From: Parcubacteria group bacterium Gr01-1014_38
Lineage (GTDB): Bacteria > Patescibacteriota > Andersenbacteria > UBA10190 > CAIZMI01
Direction of reading: 5' to 3'
Assembly: GCA_007376145.1 (NCBI GenBank)
Contig: VMFP01000003.1
Coordinates: forward strand, 92,741-156,740
DNA length: 64,000 nt
Shown: in pieces, positions 48,022 to 56,118 of the stretch
Layout: every line of letters starts with the position of its first letter
Numbering within the stretch: position 1 is the stretch's first letter
Notes under the pieces: model-generated
Seen by the model: only the letters and a program-made list of their open reading frames with translations
The model's database searches: none
Told to the model about the DNA's origin: nothing
Position numbers and translations under genes: made by a program

Positions 48022-48068
48022 CGCCCTGTCCGTTGAGCTATGGAGGCAGAAAACGCCCCCGAGGAAGA

Positions 48069-48392
48069 TTATACCGCCAGCCCCATCATCCGGAGTTCGC
48101 GGCGGAGCGGTTCGGTAATCCGCTCCGGACCCCAGGGAGGATCAAACGTCAGGGTCAGCGTGACGTCCAAAATCCCTGGCAGGTGGGAAAGAGCATTCCG
48201 CAGATCACGCTCCAAGACGTCGCCGAGGGGACATGCGGGGGAGGTGAGCGTGTACCGGAGCTCGCATGCTCCGGTGTTGGATACCGTGACGTCGTAGACG
48301 AGACCGAGATCCACCACCGAGTAGCCCAACTCCGGGTCTTTGATCGGACGGAGTGCATTGAGCGCTTGTTCTCTCGTGACGATGGAAACCAT
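48069..48392 (-). CDS. Metal-sulfur cluster assembly factor (SufT/DUF59)
   Basis: DPELG.S.VDLGL.Y, TLTSP.CP, F.PPW. Confidence 0.92.
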   Translation of the reverse strand: MVSIVTREQALNALRPIKDPELGYSVVDLGLVYDVTVSNTGACELRYTLTSPACPLGDVLERDLRNALSHLPGILDVTLTLTFDPPWGPERITEPLRRELRMMGLAV

Positions 48393-48460
48393 ACACCGCT
48401 ATCGTGACGGGAAATAGCGTTGCCATGGTACGGAGTTTTTCCTATGCTGTCAACTGAAGG

Positions 48461-49495
48461 ATGTTGATCGCCAACTCCGACGCGATCGCGCTCACCGTGC
48501 TGGCCGGGCTGCTCTCGCTCCTGCCCGTCGTCGTCCTTTTCTGGGTGTACTATCTCAAAGAAGGGGAGCCGAGTGTGCCTGGGCGCGTCGTGCTCCGATT
48601 TTTTGCCACGGGGATGCTCACGGTCCTCCCGGCGATCCTGCTCGAGCGAGGAGTCTACCTGGTTTCCCGACAGATCTCGCCGATCGCAGCGAGTGCGTTC
48701 TTCACGGAGTTCTTCACGCTGGAACGCGTGACCGAACTCTTCGTCGCCTTCGCCTTGGCGTTTGGCGTGGTGGCGTTGGTCGAGGAAGGCGTACGGTACG
48801 TCCTTCTCCGCGTCCTCTTTCAGCGCGCGGTTGAGATTGACCAGATTGTGGACGGCGTCCAAGTGGGGATGGCTGCCGGCCTCGGCTTCGCCTTCGTTGA
48901 GAACACCCTGTACTTCCTCCGTCTCTTCCAAGGATTCGAGTTCGGGACCCTCGCCGTCGTCTTTTTCCTGCGCTTTCTCATCTCTACCTTCGGGCACATC
49001 GCCTTCGGCGGCCTCATGGGATATGAGCTCGCGAAAGCATTCTCACACCCCCTGGGGCGATCCGCGCATCTCCGGCGCGCTTTCTGGATCCCGTGGGTCA
49101 CGCATGGACTCTTCGATTTCCTCTTGAGCATCCGACTCTCTGCCTACACCGTGGTCTTCCTGATCCTCCCGCTCCTCTACCTGTGGTTTCTGTATCACAC
49201 CCCGCAGTTCTCTGAACGGTTCCGTCTCTCCGGTCGCGTTCTCCGCGCACCGATCCGGGGTCGCCCGTGGTTCTTTCCGCGTTGGCGCCGCCCGCCGGTG
49301 GACGTGCTCCCGATGATGCCGTGGTGTCCCACGTGCCTGCAACCACTGCCCGAGCAAACTCCACCACGCTCGATGCTCCGGCGCTTGAGCGGGTTCAGCC
49401 TCCAGTGTCCATCCTGCGGTGTTACGCTCTACCGGCGACCAGGCTGGTCTCCGGGGCACCACACGCGTGCGCATCCTTCACTCTCTGCTCCATGA
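48461..49495 (+). CDS. PrsW family intramembrane protease
   Basis: EP motif, VEE..R, GLGFA.VEN..Y, H…H.LFD; C-terminal CxxC…CxxC. Confidence 0.88.
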   Translation: MLIANSDAIALTVLAGLLSLLPVVVLFWVYYLKEGEPSVPGRVVLRFFATGMLTVLPAILLERGVYLVSRQISPIAASAFFTEFFTLERVTELFVAFALAFGVVALVEEGVRYVLLRVLFQRAVEIDQIVDGVQVGMAAGLGFAFVENTLYFLRLFQGFEFGTLAVVFFLRFLISTFGHIAFGGLMGYELAKAFSHPLGRSAHLRRAFWIPWVTHGLFDFLLSIRLSAYTVVFLILPLLYLWFLYHTPQFSERFRLSGRVLRAPIRGRPWFFPRWRRPPVDVLPMMPWCPTCLQPLPEQTPPRSMLRRLSGFSLQCPSCGVTLYRRPGWSPGHHTRAHPSLSAP

Positions 49496-49608
49496 ACCAG
49501 CGCTCGCTCTTCCTGCTCGCGCTCACGGTGGTGAGCATCGTTCTCTTGGGCCTCGTGTCACAATTCTACGCGCCCGCTCTCGCCACGCGCGTCTTCCTGC
49601 TGTTCTAG
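49492..49608 (+). CDS. Small hydrophobic peptide (38 aa)
   Basis: ATGA overlap with prsW stop; single TM helix. Confidence 0.4.
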   Translation: MNQRSLFLLALTVVSIVLLGLVSQFYAPALATRVFLLF

Positions 49609-49647
49609 TGGTTCGGCAGCGCGGGAGCTTTCCCCCACGCCGCATCG

Positions 49648-49998
49648 CTAGGAAGCCCGGACCTCCCGGACGACTTTCGCGAAGAGTTCTGGATAGTCCT
49701 TGGCGAGCTGCGCGAGCATCTTCCGGTTCAAGCGCACTTGCTTCTGCCGCAGGGCGTGCGCAAATGCGCTGTAGGAGAGACCGAGCGGGCGGAGCGCCGC
49801 ATTGAGCTGCACGTGCCAGAGCCCGCGAAAGATTGCTTTCTTCTTCCGTCGGTCGCGGTACGCGTACTGCCCAGCTTTGAAGAGCGCTTGGCGCGCCTCG
49901 CGAAGGTGGCTCTTCCGGTGGTGGGAAAACCCTTTCGTCTGCCGGAGGATCCGCCGGCGGCGCTTCGTGTGGATGGTTCCGCGTTTAACGCGAGGCAT
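49648..49998 (-). CDS. rplT: 50S ribosomal protein L20
   Basis: MPRVKRG, YAYRDRR, FR.LW, LNRKMLA. Confidence 0.97.
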   Translation of the reverse strand: MPRVKRGTIHTKRRRRILRQTKGFSHHRKSHLREARQALFKAGQYAYRDRRKKKAIFRGLWHVQLNAALRPLGLSYSAFAHALRQKQVRLNRKMLAQLAKDYPELFAKVVREVRAS

Positions 49999-50063
49999 TG
50001 GGCGAGAGGGTGCTAGGGACTAGGTGCTAGCGTATGTTCTCTAGACCCGAGTCCCTAGTCCCC

Positions 50064-50267
50064 TTAGGAAAGTCCGAAGGGCAGCTGCCGCGTCAGTCGG
50101 TGAACGTCGGATGCGGCGACCGTGCGGTCCCGTCGTCGGCCGCGGAGCGTCTTCTTCGACCGTCCGACGTTGAAGTGATCCTGCTGCGTGTAGCGGCGCA
50201 GGAACTTTCCGCGCTTCGTCCGCACGAAGCGCTTCGCCGCCGCTTTATGCGTCTTCTGCTTGACCAT
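50064..50267 (-). CDS. rpmI: 50S ribosomal protein L35
   Basis: K.KTHKAAAKRF..T..GK; position between infC and rplT. Confidence 0.93.
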   Translation of the reverse strand: MVKQKTHKAAAKRFVRTKRGKFLRRYTQQDHFNVGRSKKTLRGRRRDRTVAASDVHRLTRQLPFGLS

Positions 50268-50332
50268 GGCTTTGCAGGCTAGCATTCTCCGCCTCCGCCG
50301 CGCAAGACACCAAGGAGTGTTCTTTGGTACCC

Positions 50333-50881
50333 CTAGCCGCGCGGGGCAAGGATAGCGGACAAGCCGCCTCGCGGCGTTGCAGTCACAGCCTCCTCCACCA
50401 AGGCGATTTCTTGGAGGGACTCGAGGAATGACTCGAGCGCCTGTTTTCCTACCTGCCGGAGTGCCTTCTCCCGTCCGCGCAACGGCAGTTCCACCCGTAC
50501 CTTGTGGCCCTCCTTCAGGAACTTTTCCGCAAGGACTCTCCGGAGCCGGCGGTCGTGTTCGCCCATCTTGAAGGAAATCCGGACCCCTTTCACCTCCACT
50601 TTCTTCCGCTTCTTCCGGAACTCGCGCTCTTTCTTGTCCTGCTCGTACTGGTATTTTCCGTAATCGAGGAGCCGGCAGACCGGCGGGGTAGAGGTCGCAT
50701 CTACCTCCACGAGGTCAAGTTCCGCGACTCGAGCTTGCCGGAGTGCTTCCTCCAGTGGTACGACGCCCACCTGTTTCCCGTCGGCATCAATGAGACGCAC
50801 GTCCCGGGAACGGATTCGCTCGTTCACCCGGTGCGCCGGTTCAGGAACAAACCGCCGACCAAAGCGGGGACGCCCAGGAAT
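50333..50881 (-). CDS. infC: Translation initiation factor IF-3 (probable ATT start)
   Basis: NERI…VRLID, LDLVEV, PPVC..DYGKY.Y, RGRE; in-frame ATT 18 codons upstream of GTG 50827. Confidence 0.95.
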   Translation of the reverse strand: MPGRPRFGRRFVPEPAHRVNERIRSRDVRLIDADGKQVGVVPLEEALRQARVAELDLVEVDATSTPPVCRLLDYGKYQYEQDKKEREFRKKRKKVEVKGVRISFKMGEHDRRLRRVLAEKFLKEGHKVRVELPLRGREKALRQVGKQALESFLESLQEIALVEEAVTATPRGGLSAILAPRG

Positions 50882-51004
50882 GGGAAGTGTGACTCACGGC
50901 TGAATTGCATGCGAAGGCTACCAAGCGAACGGCTCGATGTCAATCGCGCTCTTGACATTGCGCATTAGCCACCCCCGGGTCCGTGGTGTATAGTGAGCAG
51001 GCCC

Positions 51005-51847
51005 ATGAACAAAACCTGGCTGTTTTTCGGAGTAGGCGTCGTGGCGCTTCTCGTGGTCATCGCGGCGTTTGCCTTGCGTCCCACGACACCGACTGCGCCG
51101 GCACCCACGGTCGAGGACGAACTTCAGTCCGAGCCCGCCGGGCTCGGACAGGCTCCTCTTACTGAAGTCTCCCCCACACCAGCAGCCTCCCTGGTGACCT
51201 TCGGTACCCCAAAGAAGAGCGCGCATTTCGAGAGCAGCACGCCCGCCCACGGCACGACGCTTCCCGCGCCCCCGATCAACGTCGTGCTCGATTTCAACTT
51301 TGACCTTGCGCCGCAATCCTTCATTGCCATCGAGCGCAACGGTGGGGACAACGGTAACGCTCGCGACGCGCTCGAGAGAGATTACGGTATGGATCTCACG
51401 ACGATTGACGCCAACAAGCTTTCCATGCGGCGGAAGATGGATCCGTCCGCGCCTGACGGGCTCTACACGGTGACGTATCAAGCCTGCTGGCCGGACGGGT
51501 CCTGTCACGATGGGCACTTCCAATTCGCGATCAACCGCACGAAAGCCTCCGCTGCCCTCGACCTCCGAGGACAGTCGGCTGTTACGGTGAATCTCAAAGA
51601 TATCGCCTTTGCGCCGCCGGTCATTCGGATTCGCCAGGGCACGCGGGTGACCTGGCGGAATGACGACTCCGTCGAACATTACGTCAACACCGATGCCCAC
51701 CCCAGCCACACCTACTTCCTGGCACAGAATTCCCGAGCGCTCAAGAACGGTGACACCTATGCCGTTACCTTCTCCACGCCTGGGGCGTACCCCTATCACT
51801 GCAGCGCGCATGCGGATACGATGCGCGGTTTGATTCTCGTCGAATAA
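51005..51847 (+). CDS. CopC-like + cupredoxin (plastocyanin-like) fusion protein
   Basis: AHFESSTP (CopC N-term), Y.V.Y….DG..H.G, H.V…YHC..H…M.G type-1 Cu site. Confidence 0.85.
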   Translation: MNKTWLFFGVGVVALLVVIAAFALRPTTPTAPAPTVEDELQSEPAGLGQAPLTEVSPTPAASLVTFGTPKKSAHFESSTPAHGTTLPAPPINVVLDFNFDLAPQSFIAIERNGGDNGNARDALERDYGMDLTTIDANKLSMRRKMDPSAPDGLYTVTYQACWPDGSCHDGHFQFAINRTKASAALDLRGQSAVTVNLKDIAFAPPVIRIRQGTRVTWRNDDSVEHYVNTDAHPSHTYFLAQNSRALKNGDTYAVTFSTPGAYPYHCSAHADTMRGLILVE

Positions 51848-51958
51848 CTCCGTCGGACCAAAACGAGCGTTCGGATTTCCTCCCACTGTACGCGGGTGGG
51901 CTTGACACAAGACTCCGGTACCGAATACTGAACATTTCCTGGGTGAAAGGGTGAAACG

Positions 51959-52942
51959 ATGACACCAACGTCTCCAACATCGGAAGCTGCAACCGCAACG
52001 CAGCAACGAGCAGAAGTGCTCGATGCCTATTCCCGCGCTGTGATCGGTGTCGTGGAGCGCGTGGGTCCAGCCGTGGTGAGTATGGGCGTACGCAAGCGCA
52101 TGCCAACACAGCGCGTGTTGATGCCCGGCGCCGGTTCCGGTGTGCTTCTCACTCCCGACGGTTTCATTCTCACGAATCACCACGTGGTCGAAGGTGCTCG
52201 GGATATGAAAGTCCAGCTCACCGATGGACGCGCGCTCTCCGCGCAGACGGTGGGGGTAGACCCGACCACCGACCTCGCCGTCGTGCGGGTGTCCGCGAAC
52301 GGTCTCCCTTTCGCGGAGCTCGGCGATTCCGATGTCCTCCAGGTGGGGCAACTCGTCATCGCCATCGGAAACCCATTCGGGTTCCAGAGCTCTGTCTCCG
52401 CCGGAGTCGTTTCCGCGCTCGGGCGCGCGCTCCGCGGCCCCTCCGGCAGACTCATCGAGAACATGATCCAAACGGATGCCTCCTTAAACCCGGGGAATTC
52501 CGGCGGTCCGCTCGTGGATACGCAGGGTCGCGTGGTCGGCATCAACGCGGCGATCAATTCGATGGCGCAGGGTATCGGTCTCGCCATCCCCGCGACGACT
52601 GCAAACTGGGTCGTGGGGGAATTGATCGCACGCGGGAAGGTCCGACGGGCGTACTTCGGCATCGCAGGCCAGACCGTGACGCTTCCTCGCAGTCTCCTAC
52701 GCGCCCTCGGGCGTGAGGCAGAGGCAGCGGTCGGAATTGTCGGCATCGAAGAGGATGGTCCGGCCGAGGATGTTGGTCTCCAGGAAGGGGATCTTCTTCT
52801 CTCCCTCAACGGCATCCCGGTCACCAGCGTGGATCACTTACACCAACTTCTGACGAAGGAACGGACAGGTTCTCCTTTGCGCGTCACGATCTTTCGCGAC
52901 GGTCAGCAGCGAGACGTTCAACTTACGCCCGGCGAGCTCTAA
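51959..52942 (+). CDS. HtrA/DegQ family serine protease with PDZ domain
   Basis: GSG, TNHHVV, DLAVV, QTDAS.NPGNSGGPL, C-terminal PDZ. Confidence 0.95.
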   Translation: MTPTSPTSEAATATQQRAEVLDAYSRAVIGVVERVGPAVVSMGVRKRMPTQRVLMPGAGSGVLLTPDGFILTNHHVVEGARDMKVQLTDGRALSAQTVGVDPTTDLAVVRVSANGLPFAELGDSDVLQVGQLVIAIGNPFGFQSSVSAGVVSALGRALRGPSGRLIENMIQTDASLNPGNSGGPLVDTQGRVVGINAAINSMAQGIGLAIPATTANWVVGELIARGKVRRAYFGIAGQTVTLPRSLLRALGREAEAAVGIVGIEEDGPAEDVGLQEGDLLLSLNGIPVTSVDHLHQLLTKERTGSPLRVTIFRDGQQRDVQLTPGEL

Positions 52943-53017
52943 CACTGTTCCCTCCACTTCTTCGTGGACAGGTCATTTGGTATACTCGGAATACCGAACG
53001 AAAAGTGAACGTCCCCG

Positions 53018-54094
53018 ATGTCGCGCATCATTGGCCACCTCGATATGGACGCGTTCTTCGCGGCGATTGAAGAGCGGGATACGCCGCGGTTTCAGGGGCT
53101 TCCCATCGTCGTGGGCGCGGACCCGCGTGGCGGCGCGGGGCGCGGCGTCGTCTCGACTGCCAATTATCGAGCGCGTGCGTATGGGATTCATTCGGCAATG
53201 CCGATCACGATTGCCTGGCGGCTCTCTCAAGCCGCAGTTCGAAGAGGGGACCCGGCAGCGATCTTCTTACCCGGCAATTACCATCGGTACGAAGACATCT
53301 CGCGCCGCATCATGGCTCTCCTCCGCGCCGCTGTCCCGCTCGTACAGCAGCGGAGCGTGGACGAAGCGTATTTCGATCTTAGTCACACCGGTTCTGTGCA
53401 GCGCGCCGTCGCTCTCTGCCGACGCCTCAAAGAGGAAATTCGCCAGCAGGAGCGACTGACGGCGTCAGTTGGGGTTGGCCCCAACAAGCTCATTGCGAAA
53501 ATCGCCTCCGACCTGCAGAAGCCGGATGGGTTCACGGTCGTGGAGGAGAAGGACGCCGAGGCGTTCCTTGCACCGCTCCCGATTCGGAAGGTTCCCGGCG
53601 TCGGGCCGAAAACCGAAGCCTTCTTTCATGCGAACGGCGTTCACCTCGTGCGTGACGCGCGAGCGTACTCGCGGAGTGATCTGGAAACCCTCCTCGGAAA
53701 ATGGGGCCTCGACCTGTACGAGAAACTCTGGGGACGGGACACCTCTCCCGTCCACGAAGCGTACACCGCGAAGTCTGTCGGCACGCAGGAAACGTTTAAC
53801 GTCGATACGCTCGACTCCCGCATCATTGGCGAGCATCTCTCCACTCTCTGTGCGCGCGTCCTGCGCCGACTGGAAGCCGAGGGCTTTCACCGGTTTCGTA
53901 CCGTCGTGCTCACCGTTCGGTTTGCGAATTTCCGAACGGTCTCTCGCGCTTCAACATCCACACCATCACTCCACACGCTTCAAGAGTTGCACCAGCAGGC
54001 ATTGCGACTCCTCCTGCCGTTCTTTGATGCGCGCGAAAATCCCCGTCGCGAACCTCTCCGGCTCATCGGGGTCCGCGTCGAAAAGCTGGAGTGA
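53018..54094 (+). CDS. dinB: DNA polymerase IV
   Basis: HLDMDAFFA, NY.AR.YG, SVDEA, AKIASD..KP.G. Confidence 0.95.
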   Translation: MSRIIGHLDMDAFFAAIEERDTPRFQGLPIVVGADPRGGAGRGVVSTANYRARAYGIHSAMPITIAWRLSQAAVRRGDPAAIFLPGNYHRYEDISRRIMALLRAAVPLVQQRSVDEAYFDLSHTGSVQRAVALCRRLKEEIRQQERLTASVGVGPNKLIAKIASDLQKPDGFTVVEEKDAEAFLAPLPIRKVPGVGPKTEAFFHANGVHLVRDARAYSRSDLETLLGKWGLDLYEKLWGRDTSPVHEAYTAKSVGTQETFNVDTLDSRIIGEHLSTLCARVLRRLEAEGFHRFRTVVLTVRFANFRTVSRASTSTPSLHTLQELHQQALRLLLPFFDARENPRREPLRLIGVRVEKLE

Positions 54095-54131
54095 AAGAAC
54101 GAACGTGGTGGATTCGCAGCCTCTCTACGGA

Positions 54132-54740
54132 TCAGGATCGGTTCTGTCCACGGACATTCCGACGTTGCCAAGAAATCTTTTGAGCTCGGACGGTTGTCGT
54201 TCGAGCTTTTTTCTGTAACCACTGTTCAGCAAGAAGGAGGGCTGTCAGGGACGTCAAATCTGATGTCCGATTTTTCGCGGTTGGAATGTCCATCTTCTTC
54301 ACGTTGGCTGCCTCTTGAATGTCTCTTGCCTGTGACCGGACACCTTTTGTACAATACGTAAGATATATGTGCGCTTTTGTGGTAAGAAAACTCGGTGCAC
54401 GCCAGTAGGATCCGAGTTCGATCCATGTTTCTGCGGTATATCCAATTTCTTCTTCAAACTCTCGTTGCGCTGCTGCAAGGGGAGACGAATCCGTTGGCTC
54501 AACGAAACCCATTGGAAGGTTATAAATGGGGGACTGAGGGATTGGGCGCCATTGGTGCAACATCAGCACCTCTTTCGTTTTGAGGAGCGGTACAATTATT
54601 ACGAAGTCGGGCTTCTGGACAAAATAATATTCAGGAATAAATGTGCCATTTGGAAGGTAAAAAGATTCCTTCCACACGGTGATCCATTTATTAGAGAGAA
54701 GTATCTTCTTGTTCTCTCCTTTTCTCTCTCCCAGTACCAT
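54132..54740 (-). CDS. NUDIX hydrolase (ADP-ribose pyrophosphatase-like)
   Basis: Q.R…P.G..E…AA.REFEEEIGY Nudix box; low GC; start uncertain. Confidence 0.85.
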   Translation of the reverse strand: MVLGERKGENKKILLSNKWITVWKESFYLPNGTFIPEYYFVQKPDFVIIVPLLKTKEVLMLHQWRPIPQSPIYNLPMGFVEPTDSSPLAAAQREFEEEIGYTAETWIELGSYWRAPSFLTTKAHIYLTYCTKGVRSQARDIQEAANVKKMDIPTAKNRTSDLTSLTALLLAEQWLQKKARTTTVRAQKISWQRRNVRGQNRS

Positions 54741-54818
54741 GCGGAGCAGTATGAGAGAGATGTGGTATTTCATCAAGGAGTTTGCGTCGCCCTGGACGAC
54801 GAAAGCACCCATTCAACT

Positions 54819-54933
54819 GTGGAGCAAGTACACCTAATGTGGAACCCGCTGATGCTGGAAATCCACGTGTTTTCGCGCCTGTCGGAGAACACGAGACTAC
54901 CAGCACAACTTACGCGGTGAGGGGTTTGGAACC
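54819..54933 (+). repeat. Cassette-boundary module, copy A
   Basis: GTGGAG…TGAGGGGTTTGGAACC, encodes VEQVHLMWNPLMLEIHVFSRLSENTRLPAQLTR*. Confidence 0.8.
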
Positions 54934-54962
54934 GCACTGGCTGTGGAAGTTTCCTGCCTTGC

Positions 54963-55190
54963 GTGGTAGGGTTTTTGCATGGCAAGCCTTCCTGTAACAT
55001 TCGCGCCGGCTCGCGGACGCGCCGTCGCATCCTCCGCATTGAGGTTGATGCCGGGAAGTTCGAGCGTCTCGCGGCCGACTTCGGCTTCTTCGGGCCGGAG
55101 TTTCTCGCAAGTCTCGAACGCGCGGAAGCGGATGTACGCGCGGGACGCGCACGGAAGATTTCCTCTCTTCGCGCACTGAAGCTTCCTTAA
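54963..55190 (+). CDS. Small antitoxin-like protein
   Basis: C-terminal F..SL..AE.D..AGR…SL..L pattern seen in short antitoxins; start uncertain. Confidence 0.5.
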   Translation: MVGFLHGKPSCNIRAGSRTRRRILRIEVDAGKFERLAADFGFFGPEFLASLERAEADVRAGRARKISSLRALKLP

Positions 55191-55200
55191 GACCGCGGAA

Positions 55201-55527
55201 ATGCAGGAAAGGGAAGTCCAACAACATCTGAAGACCATCACGGACACGATCGTCCGGGAATTTCAACCCGAAAAGATCATCCTGTTCGGTTCGTGGGCAT
55301 GGGGGACACCGGGGCCGGACAGCGACGTAGACTTGTTTGTCATAAAAGAGACGACACAATCAACTCGCGGCGTCGCGCGGGATATTGATGGCGCACTCTG
55401 GGGTAGGCGTGTGCCGCTGGACATCCTCGTGTATACGCCCACGGGCGTCAAGCGTCGCCTGGATCGCGGAGATTTCTTTGTTCGTGATGTGATCCAAAAA
55501 GGCAAAGTTCTCTATGAACGTTCCTGA
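55201..55527 (+). CDS. Minimal nucleotidyltransferase (MNT)
   Basis: LFGS.A.G….SDVDL. Confidence 0.92.
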   Translation: MQEREVQQHLKTITDTIVREFQPEKIILFGSWAWGTPGPDSDVDLFVIKETTQSTRGVARDIDGALWGRRVPLDILVYTPTGVKRRLDRGDFFVRDVIQKGKVLYERS

Positions 55528-55903
55528 ACGTGTAGAAGACGAATGGATCCGCAAAGCCGAAGAAGACGAACTTTCCGCGAAAGCAGTTCTCAAGGAAGGC
55601 GCGCCGAGTACAGGATGTTTTCTTGCGCAGCAAATAGCCGAGAAGTACCTGAAGGCGCTCCTCATTCGGCATCGTCTGGAGTTTCCAAAGACGCACGATC
55701 TCATTGCGCTTGCCAGTCTTGTTGAACCGCGCGTGCAAGGCGTGCGGGTCCTGCAGGACGATCTAAAAACACTCGGTCGCTACTACGTGGAGACGAGGTA
55801 CCCAGGAGACTACTCGCCGTTCACCCGCGAGGAGTGCCAGCATGCCCTCGAAGCGGCACTCCGTGTGAAAGACTTTGTGATGAAGAGATTATCAAGCGGC
55901 TGA
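55514..55903 (+). CDS. HEPN domain protein
   Basis: W..KAE.D, F.AQQ.AEK.LKA, THDL, TRYP; overlaps MNT. Confidence 0.92.
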   Translation: MNVPERVEDEWIRKAEEDELSAKAVLKEGAPSTGCFLAQQIAEKYLKALLIRHRLEFPKTHDLIALASLVEPRVQGVRVLQDDLKTLGRYYVETRYPGDYSPFTREECQHALEAALRVKDFVMKRLSSG

Positions 55904-55946
55904 TCAAATCTGCGTCGCGCAGCTCCTCACAAATGTGGGAAGTGAA

Positions 55947-56058
55947 TCGGAGTAGGTCGGGAAAATCTGGAACCCGCTGGTGGAGAAATACATACGTTTT
56001 CGCGCTTGTCGGATCGTGTGAGGTGCTGGTGCATCTTTCGAGCTGAGGGATTTGGAGC
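55947..56058 (+). repeat. Cassette-boundary module, degenerate copy A'
   Basis: TGGAACCCGCTGGTG…AATACATACGTTTTCGCGCTTGTCGGA…TGAGGGATTTGGAGC; contains stop and frameshift. Confidence 0.75.
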
Positions 56059-56118
56059 TGTTCCTTACCGGGCGGGAATAAGAAAAAAGAGGCCGGTCAT
56101 CCATCCCGGCCTCAAACG

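Larger units (their letters stand above)
47826..48047 (-). tRNA. Interrupted (outer) tRNA-Arg(CCG) in three pieces: 48047-48022, 47982-47975, 47866-47826
   Basis: Joining the pieces gives a 75-nt cloverleaf GCCTCCA-TA-GCTC-AACGGACA-GGGC-G-CAGGC-CTCCGGA-GCCTG-AGAT-CGAGG-TTCGATT-CCTCG-TGGGGGT-ACCA; function uncertain. Confidence 0.8.

Noticed and set aside
50010-50065. TAGGGACTAG…CTAGTCCCT inverted heptamer-like repeats between rpmI and rplT
   Set aside because: Short imperfect hairpin; cannot be distinguished from an mRNA-stabilising stem or a decayed repeat.
23668-52471. Long antisense ORFs (e.g. 23668-24975, 27247-28659, 35649-36989, 45443-46801, 50918-52471)
   Set aside because: Shadows of well-conserved genes on the opposite strand in GC-rich DNA, with no recognisable motifs.
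52996-53010. LexA box upstream of dinB (GAAC-N7-GAAC)
   Set aside because: Short motif, single occurrence, and no evidence here for which LexA motif this lineage uses.
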